Assembly: GCA_026710525.1 (NCBI GenBank)
Contig: JAPOQT010000124.1
Location: 1-24,950 of the forward strand
Source: Pseudomonadota bacterium
Lineage (GTDB): Bacteria; Bdellovibrionota_B; Oligoflexia; Oligoflexales; Bin106
Direction of reading: 5' to 3'
Length of the DNA stretch: 24,950 nucleotides
Part shown: one piece after another, positions 1-8,533 of the stretch
Layout: each line of letters opens with the position of its first letter
Position numbering within the stretch: position 1 is the stretch's first letter
Program-made: the position numbers and the translations under genes
The notes under the pieces: generated by a model
What the model was told of the DNA's origin: nothing
The model's input: the letters and a program-made list of their open reading frames with translations, nothing else
The model's database searches: none

Positions 1-2
1 CC

Positions 3-608
3 AGCCACCGAAGTGACTTGGTTATTATTAAACGTGATTTCTGATTGACTCTGTAAATAACCTTTAAATAATAACTGTTTAAGTAGTGGTTTTACCAAGG
101 CATTAGCCTGGGGAGATGCCACATAAGCATCGATGGCGTAACGTAAAATATTAGTTAAGGGAAATTGCCTGGCAGATAACTTGATTTTAGCTGGTAAGGT
201 GTTGCGACGGAAAAGATCAACCAACCGGAACTGAACCTCAAGATCCAAATAGCCCGTCTTCGTTTTCTTACTATTTTTTTTACTATACAACTGAAGTTGC
301 AGTGTGAGGCGGCCAATGAGAAGATGGCTTACTTTTAGCTTGGTGGCTATTCGATGAAAACGTAAACTCTCGCGATTTTCGCCAGTGGTTTGTTGGTGTT
401 GTTCTAGAACCACGCGACTGAGAGAAATAGTAAGTGGTAAGCCTACCGATAGTTTTTCTATTTCCACCGGTTGACCCAGTTGTTCTGAAACTTGCAAGAT
501 TAATGATTCTTTAATCAGTCCAAAGGGAAAGGTAATCAAGATAAAAAGAATCATAAACGCCACAAAAGAAGTGAGCAATGTGGCTATGAGTAAAAAGCGT
601 TTTGTCAT
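3..608 (-). CDS. gspN: Type II secretion protein GspN-like, partial (3' end beyond left edge); not in the ORF track
   Basis: Manual translation from ATG at 608 is open to the window edge: MTKRFLLIATLLTSFVAFMILFILITFPFGLIKESLILQVSEQLGQPVEIEKLSVGLPLTISL... It has an N-terminal TM ending in 'ITFPF', like the 'xTFPy' motif of delta-type GspN, and lies directly downstream of gspL-gspM. Confidence 0.75.
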   Translation of the reverse strand, partial: MTKRFLLIATLLTSFVAFMILFILITFPFGLIKESLILQVSEQLGQPVEIEKLSVGLPLTISLSRVVLEQHQQTTGENRESLRFHRIATKLKVSHLLIGRLTLQLQLYSKKNSKKTKTGYLDLEVQFRLVDLFRRNTLPAKIKLSARQFPLTNILRYAIDAYVASPQANALVKPLLKQLLFKGYLQSQSEITFNNNQVTSVA

Positions 609-646
609 GGTGCAGCAAAGTCATTCGGCAAAAGAGTTGATAAAAT

Positions 647-1303
647 TTATTTCGTTAAGTAACCACGGACAGAGACTTTGGTATCAAAGTAGAGCTTCGT
701 TTCGTAACGGGCACGAATCGATAAGTGACTCACACGCAAATATTGTTCACCTTTTTCCAGGGCTGAAAGATATTTAATCATTTTTGGTAACGAAATATTA
801 TCCATGACAACATCAACCTTCACCGTGTTTATTTCTGTATGAAAAAGATCACTATCGTTTAAAGGAACAATCTTTTCGCCGAGGCTAGCTAAACTCACAT
901 CCATTTCTTTCGATATTTTTTCAAAATAACTCTTAAAACCAGATATGTTTTTAGATTTTTTACCAACGTCTCGAAGCACGCTCTCAAACTTGCTATTTGC
1001 TACCTGATATTCGGTCATTAAGCCATTAAATTTTCGGTGCGCCTGTAAGCTGTCATATAGCTCTTGGCGTAATCCATTGACTCCTTTGATGTAAAGTAAG
1101 CTGGCAAAAACAACAAAAAATAAAATCATAAATAACCCGCCAGCAAGCATGAGCTTCTGTTCCCTAGGACGAAGTTTCTGGAAACTATCAATGAGGAAAT
1201 CAAGGCGCTCGTTGTTCATACCAAAGACAACGACACTGATTTTATCACCTATCTGATAGATACGAGACTTAAGGAAGTCAAAAGTGTTGCTTAAACTATT
1301 CAT
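647..1303 (-). CDS. gspM: GspM/PilO-like inner-membrane platform protein
   Basis: 'LRPREQKLMLAGG' before a single TM matches the GspM 'L.pREr.ll' motif, followed by a coiled region and a C-terminal ferredoxin-like segment ('KMIKYLSALEKGEQYLRVSHLSI'). It lies between gspL and gspN. Confidence 0.7.
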   Translation of the reverse strand: MNSLSNTFDFLKSRIYQIGDKISVVVFGMNNERLDFLIDSFQKLRPREQKLMLAGGLFMILFFVVFASLLYIKGVNGLRQELYDSLQAHRKFNGLMTEYQVANSKFESVLRDVGKKSKNISGFKSYFEKISKEMDVSLASLGEKIVPLNDSDLFHTEINTVKVDVVMDNISLPKMIKYLSALEKGEQYLRVSHLSIRARYETKLYFDTKVSVRGYLTK

Positions 1304-1329
1304 ACAATATTTTCTATGATGATATTAAG

Positions 1330-3003
1330 TTATAACAAAGCATCGGGAGTGAATACCGATTCGATGGCAAAGGTAATCACTTTGCCGTCAGTCCCTGGCT
1401 TTGAACCACTGTTTTTCTCTGTGACACCATTAAAATTCGGATGTTTACTGATAAGATCTCTGATTTTCACCACGGAACTATAACCATCTGTTTCACCTTG
1501 GAGGACAATCTTTCCTGTGCTATCGGATTGTATCGAAAAGTCATAGAGAATAATATCAACAGTAATGTCAGGTGGGATAATTTCTGAGAGAATCATTAAC
1601 GCTTGTAATGCAGGACTCCCTGCATTAGCATAGACAAAATTATCCACGGACGTCTGTTTTGCTGAAATCTGGAGTTGTAAATGGTTTTCAACATATTTGC
1701 GCACAGCAGGAAATGATTTCATTCTAGCTAGTTCTTTCCCTTTTGATGGTTCGATTTTGAGAAATTTTTGACGATAACTTTTTTCGAATTTGCTCACCTG
1801 ATGATGGTAAAAAATACCTTGGATAATATAGGCAAAGATCATTAAACAAGCGATGGCAGAAAACCAAAGAGTTGTTTTAGAGAACACCTTGAGAAAGGCT
1901 TCGGAATCTTGAGAATAAACAAACTCATCCCTGCGTAAATTGATCCGAGACATTTTTTTCTGCCCTGACACAACCCTTAAACCAATGGCGACTGCTTGGG
2001 GAATAATTTCACCATGTTGTTTGATGGAGTCACTAATGTGTAGGTCAGAGAAGGATATTTGACTAAATTCTAATGGTAGTAGCATCTCTCTCTGTAAGTA
2101 TTGGGCAAAACCTTTGAGCTTACTGGTACCCCCCGAAAGATAAACACGGGCGATAGGTCTTTTTTCCAGGCTTTTAAAAGCGAGAAGAGTACGAGCAAGG
2201 TCCTTAGGCAAGCCTTGGCTAGCGATACCAAAGGTGCGGGCAATGGCGAGCTCTTCCTGAGAAAGTCCTAAATCTTCGCCTCCTGTTTTACTAGCGATAC
2301 ATGAGACCTCATGCTTTATTTTTTGTGATTTTTGATATGACACTTCAAGATCTCGTGCCAGCACCTCTGTGAGATATTTTCCTCCTAAATTCAGGGTGCG
2401 AAACATTCGTAGTTTTTCACCTTCCATAATACACATGGAAGTTTTCTCATGACCAACGTCTACTAGGCCATACAACTCATCCTCGGCTACTTGAATATGA
2501 GGGGTGAGATTAAACAACGACAGTGAATCGACATCAACTACCCTAGGGTCAATATTCACCCTATTTAACTGGGATAAAAAGTTGGCCATTTTGTTTTTTT
2601 GTAGCATCACCACCAAGACCTGGGAGCCTTGACCATTCTTGCTGAGAATTTGATGATCGATGATCATCTCATCTAAACTAAAAGGCACGAGGTCTTCAAC
2701 CTGAAACCTGAGTGCAGCAGAAATTTTACGGGGATCAGAAAAAGGAAGTTGTAACATTCTTGATGAAATGTATTGACCTGGCATTGCGGTAACAATACGA
2801 TCAGCTTCGAGCTTATTTGATTCAAATAGCTCTTTCATCGTTTGAAACACTAATTCTTCTTGGGTTAAATGAGAGGCACTATCTGATGCGAGAGGCAGCA
2901 CCTCTTCATAAAAATGGTCGATTTTATAAGAGCTGAGACTACTGGTAATTTCAACAGCTTTAATCGAGTACGAGCCAATATCGAGGCCTACGACTTTGAG
3001 CAC
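1330..3003 (-). CDS. gspL: GspL of delta type: PilM-like actin-fold cytoplasmic domain, TM, PilN-like periplasmic domain
   Basis: PilM motifs 'VGLDIGSYSIK', 'VDVGHEKTS', 'VYLSGGTSKL'; 'INLRR' before a TM at about aa 378-398; C-terminal 'IVLQGET' PilN-like segment. GTG start with AAAGGAG upstream. Confidence 0.8.
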   Translation of the reverse strand: MLKVVGLDIGSYSIKAVEITSSLSSYKIDHFYEEVLPLASDSASHLTQEELVFQTMKELFESNKLEADRIVTAMPGQYISSRMLQLPFSDPRKISAALRFQVEDLVPFSLDEMIIDHQILSKNGQGSQVLVVMLQKNKMANFLSQLNRVNIDPRVVDVDSLSLFNLTPHIQVAEDELYGLVDVGHEKTSMCIMEGEKLRMFRTLNLGGKYLTEVLARDLEVSYQKSQKIKHEVSCIASKTGGEDLGLSQEELAIARTFGIASQGLPKDLARTLLAFKSLEKRPIARVYLSGGTSKLKGFAQYLQREMLLPLEFSQISFSDLHISDSIKQHGEIIPQAVAIGLRVVSGQKKMSRINLRRDEFVYSQDSEAFLKVFSKTTLWFSAIACLMIFAYIIQGIFYHHQVSKFEKSYRQKFLKIEPSKGKELARMKSFPAVRKYVENHLQLQISAKQTSVDNFVYANAGSPALQALMILSEIIPPDITVDIILYDFSIQSDSTGKIVLQGETDGYSSVVKIRDLISKHPNFNGVTEKNSGSKPGTDGKVITFAIESVFTPDALL

Positions 3004-3053
3004 GACAACTCTCCTTTAATCAACCAGACACCACTTGATCACAAGTTTTTCAA

Positions 3054-4313
3054 TTAACCAGAATGATTCTTCCAGTATAACACATCATACGCCGTCCCCC
3101 TTTTATTCGTTTTCATAAACTGGGGAGATAGACGTTGAATAACGCTTTCAATAACCTTTTGAGTATCGCCTGATTTACCAACACTCTTAATACGGAAAGT
3201 ATTCGATGCCACGCCAAACCAACGGGAGCGATCTTCATCATCTTGTTTCTCATAACAAAGAGATTCTCCTAAGAATTTTTCGACTCCGAGTTTATTTGAG
3301 GCCATAACTTTTCTCGCTTCTTGATCAGCGGTAAAAGTCCTAACAAAATTCTCATAACAGTCGGTTGTCATTTCTGGAAATAAACACTGCAAAAGTTCTC
3401 TGGAGACAGTGTTAATGTTTAAAAAAGGCTTTTTTGCCAGCTCACCACGAGTGAAATTACTATATTGGTTAGGAATAGGGAAGACGGTGATAAATGGTGA
3501 AAATACGGCGTGTATCTGGTAGTCCCAACCAGTGACTAGTCTGATTTGATCAACACTCTCAAGGGGATGATTTATTGCTTTATAAGGTGGATCATTTTTT
3601 TCATAGGGGCCGTTCTCTGAGGAAAGACCAGATTGGACACGGACTTTTTTATCAATATCAATAAAATCAAACACTCTGTAGGCCATTTCATCGGCAGAAT
3701 AACCTTTGTCTTCAAGGAAACGTTGTTCAACAGGGCAAGAAAACAATAAGTTAAGGGCACGAATAACCTCAGACCCCATGCGAGATGACTGTAACATACT
3801 GAGATTGATCCGTGAGGTCTCATCTTCTGTGTGTAAGGTAAAACTACCGCCTAAGTCTCTGAGTTTTTGAATCACGTCACGGTGATTAAAATCTGACAAA
3901 CCAAACATGTCAACGATCATAGTGAGCATATTGCTCTCTTCGCCGCCAAATGGAATCTCGTTAAGCATGGTCCAAATATCCCCGGTACTATCGGTGAGTG
4001 GTTGTTTCACAGTCTCTTTCATAGTGAGGTCAAGACCATAGTCAATGGCAAGGAGGAATGCGCCGAGATTTTGTCCGCTCTTAGCGAGCATTTCAGCTCG
4101 AGAAGAATCTTGAAAATTCATGGTGATCCGATGAGCCACATGAGATGTCACTATTAAATCAGCCACAAAAGTAATCATAAAAGCGATAATTGATAGACTG
4201 AGGATAAGGGAGATACTCTTTGATGATAGAATACCGTCGCGCAAGGATAATAGTCGAGAGCGTACTCTTATGGCAGAGTGGATGTGATGCCTGTTTTGTC
4301 GTAAGCGGAGCAT
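3054..4313 (-). CDS. gspK: Type II secretion minor pseudopilin GspK
   Basis: Hydrophobic pilin-like helix 'ISLILSLSIIAFMITFVADL' and GspK motifs 'EDETSRINL', 'VFDFIDID', 'NHPLESVDQIRLVTG', 'LNINTVSRELL'. It follows gspJ. Confidence 0.85.
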   Translation of the reverse strand: MLRLRQNRHHIHSAIRVRSRLLSLRDGILSSKSISLILSLSIIAFMITFVADLIVTSHVAHRITMNFQDSSRAEMLAKSGQNLGAFLLAIDYGLDLTMKETVKQPLTDSTGDIWTMLNEIPFGGEESNMLTMIVDMFGLSDFNHRDVIQKLRDLGGSFTLHTEDETSRINLSMLQSSRMGSEVIRALNLLFSCPVEQRFLEDKGYSADEMAYRVFDFIDIDKKVRVQSGLSSENGPYEKNDPPYKAINHPLESVDQIRLVTGWDYQIHAVFSPFITVFPIPNQYSNFTRGELAKKPFLNINTVSRELLQCLFPEMTTDCYENFVRTFTADQEARKVMASNKLGVEKFLGESLCYEKQDDEDRSRWFGVASNTFRIKSVGKSGDTQKVIESVIQRLSPQFMKTNKRGTAYDVLYWKNHSG

Positions 4314-4322
4314 GTTTTCCTA

Positions 4323-5072
4323 TTATAATCTTAGGGTCTTAGTTTTATCTTTTAACTCGATGAATCGTCGTGCCCAAGGGAGTAAAACGATGGTTCGTCT
4401 TTCAGCAAAAGCACCAGGCTCATTCACATCCATAATGCTGTTTTGAGCACTAGGATCATCACTTTCAGGGTCGGTAGGATATGCTCGCACCGCCACCCTC
4501 ACAAGACGAGGTATCGACTGTTTAAAGTCAGATTTTTCTGTATCCCAAGTACTGAGCCAACCGTCTCCGTTCCACATTTCAAATGTGAATGATTCAATAC
4601 CTTCAACCACCAGTCTGGTTGTGATTTCACCATCAAAACCCAGGGTCATTTCGCCGCGAAATAAAGCTAGTCTGCCAGGAAAACGCTCACTCTCTTTGAC
4701 CTCATACTCTACAGTAATGAGTTCACCCCTTTGGGCGTCTCCATAGTTGTTCTGGGCATTCATGGTAGTAAATGATACGGTTGTTTGGCCGCCAAAACTG
4801 GTTACTTTAAAAAACGTATTGGTCACACCATCCATGATCATATGCTTATCGTAATTCACTGACAGCATATAAGTATGTTCTAAATCTTTTTTCATCATAT
4901 GCATGGCCGTATTTAACCGAGAGATCACCTGTGTTTGTTCACTAAGGCCTAAACGCATATCAACACTCCCTCGCATCAAACTGCTAATGGCAATCACCAT
5001 AAATGCTAACAGGGAGATCGTAATGAGGACTTCCAGTAACGTAAAGCCTTGCTGCTGTTTGTGAGTTGCCAT
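4323..5072 (-). CDS. gspJ: Type II secretion minor pseudopilin GspJ
   Basis: Canonical class III signal 'QQG|FTLLEVLITISLL' and C-terminal 'W...WD...IPRLVRV' GspJ motif. Confidence 0.85.
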   Translation of the reverse strand: MATHKQQQGFTLLEVLITISLLAFMVIAISSLMRGSVDMRLGLSEQTQVISRLNTAMHMMKKDLEHTYMLSVNYDKHMIMDGVTNTFFKVTSFGGQTTVSFTTMNAQNNYGDAQRGELITVEYEVKESERFPGRLALFRGEMTLGFDGEITTRLVVEGIESFTFEMWNGDGWLSTWDTEKSDFKQSIPRLVRVAVRAYPTDPESDDPSAQNSIMDVNEPGAFAERRTIVLLPWARRFIELKDKTKTLRL

Positions 5073-5073
5073 C

Positions 5074-5787
5074 CTACTCTCCTTTAGGTAGATCAGTTAT
5101 GCCAGGCACCGGTGCTGCTTTATTACTGTTTTTGTTGTTGCCTTCGTTGTTATCTGATGGTGGTTGGTTTTTTTTGTCCGTCTTATTATCAGGTGGTATA
5201 GCTTGATCATTAGGCGATTCCGAGGTGTTACCCACTGCCGATGACTGCATAGCAAGAATTTGCATATCCAGAGCCCGTTGATTAACGAGGATCATACTGA
5301 GGGATGTGGATGATTTGCGAGCCCCTTCAGGCCATAACACTTCCACAGTGGCTATTTTAATCATATGATCATTAAAGATTTGCTTGATTTGGTCAGTGAT
5401 CAAGTTAGATACTGGTGGTCCTCCCTCTTGGTTGTTCTGTCCTTCGCCAGTTAGCATGGCAAAAATGGGCAGTTTCCATTCTTCACTGCTAATTTTATAG
5501 GAATAATCAGTAAAGATTTTGGTTGCGTCTTTGCCCCAAAAATCATCACCAATCTTTTTTTCATTAACGGTTAACTCTAGTTCACTAAAATCCCTGGTTT
5601 GCCATTCATACTCAAGTCGTGCCATAATACCCTGAGCTAGCCATATCCCTTCGGATAGACGACGACTATACTCCACCGAATACACGACTTGTCCTTGAAT
5701 ACCGGTCACTTGGAGTAACACCACAGCTAACATGCCCACGGCAATCACAGTCTCAAATAAAGAAAAACTTTTTTCTCCGTTACTCAT
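5074..5787 (-). CDS. gspI: Type II secretion minor pseudopilin GspI-like, with low-complexity C-terminal tail
   Basis: Class III signal 'EKS|FSLFETVIAVGML' with E+5, first gene before gspJ-K, and 'ATVEVLWPEG' resembling the 'v.V.W' GspI end motif. Confidence 0.72.
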   Translation of the reverse strand: MSNGEKSFSLFETVIAVGMLAVVLLQVTGIQGQVVYSVEYSRRLSEGIWLAQGIMARLEYEWQTRDFSELELTVNEKKIGDDFWGKDATKIFTDYSYKISSEEWKLPIFAMLTGEGQNNQEGGPPVSNLITDQIKQIFNDHMIKIATVEVLWPEGARKSSTSLSMILVNQRALDMQILAMQSSAVGNTSESPNDQAIPPDNKTDKKNQPPSDNNEGNNKNSNKAAPVPGITDLPKGE

Positions 5788-5979
5788 TCACAAACTCTTC
5801 ATACGGTGGAGTCATTCATATGACTTCTGTTAAGATGATGGGTAGTAGTCTTACTGCCAAAGCTTCTTATGACATTTTAGCTATCAATGGTGGTGAAAAA
5901 AATAATGTATTCATATCAATTGACGATAACCTTCATAGTTAATGTATGGCTGTTACATTCATTAGGAGCAATTTAAGCT

Positions 5980-7740
5980 ATGGTAAACTTAAAGTATTTT
6001 ACCACTGTGTTTATTATATACCCTCTTTTTATTCTTCCACTCGCATCATGTAAAAGTTTCTCCTTTAATGAGCAAAAAGGGGAAAACAATTATTCTCTCC
6101 AAGGTCTTTTCGATAGTCAGCATCTCCTCAGACTGAAACAGGTTGATGGTAGTGCTATATTGTTTCGTTTTGAAGTTTGTCCTTTTGGTGCCAGTAAGAA
6201 TCAGATTCTTGAACAGTATTGTGTTTCCGCTCTGCAAACAAATAGTGGCGATGACATTATATTTTCTGTGGAAATGATTCAAGAAATGAATTTGACGGCA
6301 AGGGAAAAGCAAGAATTGAATGACCTGCACGTCTTGTGGATGGGATATCGAGACGATATAATCGATCTCTCAGGGCGTGAGCCAAGGGAGCTAGTAGCCA
6401 TTCTTGGTGGCAGTTTTACTTTAGGCAATTTTGCCGGTTATGCCACTCATGCTGCTTCGTACAAGATGAGTTCAGATCATTATTTCAAACGGTTTGGTGT
6501 ACGAAACGTTGAACAGGCTACGAAGGAGCTTAATCAAGTCATTAAAGAGCTGAAACTCTTTGGTTTGGATGTGTCCACGGACTTAGAACCAACACTCAGC
6601 ACCCAAGAATTTTGGTACCTTAAAGAAAACAGCACGAATAAATTTTCAGTAAAATTTCACAAATCCCATTACCCTGCCATCAGTGCTCTCTCTCAAAGCG
6701 GCCTTAGTACTGATGAGCAAGTGTTGGCAGTCGTTAGAAATTTTGTCAGAAACAACTCATTTCAGGAGTTGGTTAATGCGAATATGTATGAGCGTTTTTT
6801 ATCGTACTATCAATTGAAATATTCAACTGTTTTAGTGACACCAGGCATGCCCACTTTTTGTGGTGTTAGTTGTTTAGAGCAAGCTTTCAAGCAAGATCCG
6901 AAAGGTATCCTAGATGAACTTGATCGTTTTATTATGGATCGAGGACGGGTTAAAAAATATTTCAACGAGAGAGTTTTAACCAAACTGGGTCGTATGGAAC
7001 AACTTCTGGAGGCTGTGGCAGTTAAGAGGCCAGCGAATCTCGCAGGGATGAAATTGACAACGGGGAATATGTTGAGGAGAACGCGTGCTTTTGCGATATG
7101 GAGTGGAGGTGCCGCGTTAGCTATCATGGCCCTAGAAAACAATAACTTTATGAATAAGGCAAGTAGCGCTGTTAATACGGCTTACAATAAGGTCGTCGAT
7201 CGTGTTACAGGTGGTAATACCCTCGATCCCAATTACGCCGATAACAGAGCCGCGAATAATAATACAGGGGGGGCATTTTCAACCATGTCTGACAAACTAA
7301 CAGTGATGTTAAAAACCCCTGACACCATGAATGCTCTATGGAGCAATGTTAGTGATAAGAATCAGCCAACCGAGGCGATCACATCGGTACTTAAAGCTTT
7401 TGTTCTTTATGGGGGAACTTTGTTTAGTAGTGATGCAATAAGTAATTACTGTTTACCTGAATCATCGAATCAAGTTTATTCAAAAGTTTGTTATTTTCCA
7501 GAATCAGATCAATTAGCAGCGCAGGATGATGTGGCAACAGTACCGTTTAAGCAACTCTCATCAACTCTCCTATCTAAGCCTCAACCTAGTCAACAGGATG
7601 CGACAGCCCCAGAAGGAGATCAAAAAGAAGGCATCGACAGTAGTACTCAAGTGCCAACCATAAAATCAGAATCAGATAACGAATCCACAGATATTGATTT
7701 GCCAGAATCTGAAGAGGTTTTGTTACCGATAAGCGAGTAA
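5980..7740 (+). CDS. Unrecognised lipoprotein, paralogue 1 of a tandem family
   Basis: Lipobox LAS|C (Cys24, codon 6049-6051), AGGAG upstream, and full-length similarity to 8534..10069 (HLLRLKQ, FRFEVCP, YCVxALQ, RFLxYYQ, SDKL, VLKAF, YCLPE, KVCY). Confidence 0.85.
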   Translation: MVNLKYFTTVFIIYPLFILPLASCKSFSFNEQKGENNYSLQGLFDSQHLLRLKQVDGSAILFRFEVCPFGASKNQILEQYCVSALQTNSGDDIIFSVEMIQEMNLTAREKQELNDLHVLWMGYRDDIIDLSGREPRELVAILGGSFTLGNFAGYATHAASYKMSSDHYFKRFGVRNVEQATKELNQVIKELKLFGLDVSTDLEPTLSTQEFWYLKENSTNKFSVKFHKSHYPAISALSQSGLSTDEQVLAVVRNFVRNNSFQELVNANMYERFLSYYQLKYSTVLVTPGMPTFCGVSCLEQAFKQDPKGILDELDRFIMDRGRVKKYFNERVLTKLGRMEQLLEAVAVKRPANLAGMKLTTGNMLRRTRAFAIWSGGAALAIMALENNNFMNKASSAVNTAYNKVVDRVTGGNTLDPNYADNRAANNNTGGAFSTMSDKLTVMLKTPDTMNALWSNVSDKNQPTEAITSVLKAFVLYGGTLFSSDAISNYCLPESSNQVYSKVCYFPESDQLAAQDDVATVPFKQLSSTLLSKPQPSQQDATAPEGDQKEGIDSSTQVPTIKSESDNESTDIDLPESEEVLLPISE

Positions 7741-7764
7741 CATCAGTATTTGAGAGTTCTCAGC

Positions 7765-8410
7765 TACGATCAAACGGCAGTCTATGACCTTCCAGGTCTT
7801 TGATGGTTAGCATATTTATAAGACTCAAGCAGGTTGATGATCACAAACATTGACAGAATTAAGGCAAATAAGACGGTGTGTACTGCTTAGTGCTTGTTTA
7901 TCAAAGAGCTTGGCCCAGTGTGGGAAAGTTTCAATCGTTTCTTCACCATGAGAGAAGGACTGAATACAGTGATATTCTTTGGGATCCTATGGTAGATGAT
8001 ATTTCTCCAGATAGAGCATGACAAAATAGTAAATTTTGGCACTCAAATAAATGAGGTATTTGACGAAACGAACGTTAGTGATTATCTCGATGACGACTGG
8101 TGTTATGCTAGTTTATTTCGCTCTTGAATTAATAAAGAAACCTGATATAAAGCTATCCAGAGTGGCATAACGTCACCACCAAAATTTCTTGATAAACTGA
8201 GGTGAATGCTTGATGAAGTCACGAAGGTAGTGTTGATCAACCAGCAGAGCAGGTATTTTTTGTACTCAAAGCCTTTATTTTTTATGAGTACTCTGTTTGA
8301 TAGTGACGGCTAAGTCCCTAGTTACTGTTTACCGGAAGTCTCATCTGATGGGGCGGCGGCACCATGGAAGGTAATTTCACTATCACCTATTTTTTCTGCT
8401 AGTAATCAAC
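7765..8410 (+). pseudogene. Collapsed, frameshifted third copy of the flanking lipoprotein family
   Basis: Family motifs occur in the same order as in the intact copies. 7802-7842 aligns 36/41 nt to 8651-8690, with CAG to TAG and an indel. 8060-8128 encodes LTKRTLVIISMTTGVMLVYFALE, 8191-8208 DKLR*M, 8262-8285 VLKAFIFY, 8320-8340 SYCLPEV, then AAPWKVIS. Confidence 0.85.
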
Positions 8411-8533
8411 GAGAACAACAGAAGATGGTAGCTGAAAAAAGGGTAACTAAAAAAAGTAACAGTAGCATTATGAGATGCCAATCGACTAAATTGGTATCAG
8501 AATCTTTAAAGTATAGACGAGTATAAGACTAAA

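Noticed and set aside
571-777. 68-aa plus-strand ORF
   Set aside because: Antisense to gspN and gspM, with no motif; shadow ORF.
8037-8052. TGGCAC resembling a sigma54 -24 box (also AGGCAC near 21583)
   Set aside because: No GC at the -12 position at the required spacing, and the first lies within the pseudogene.
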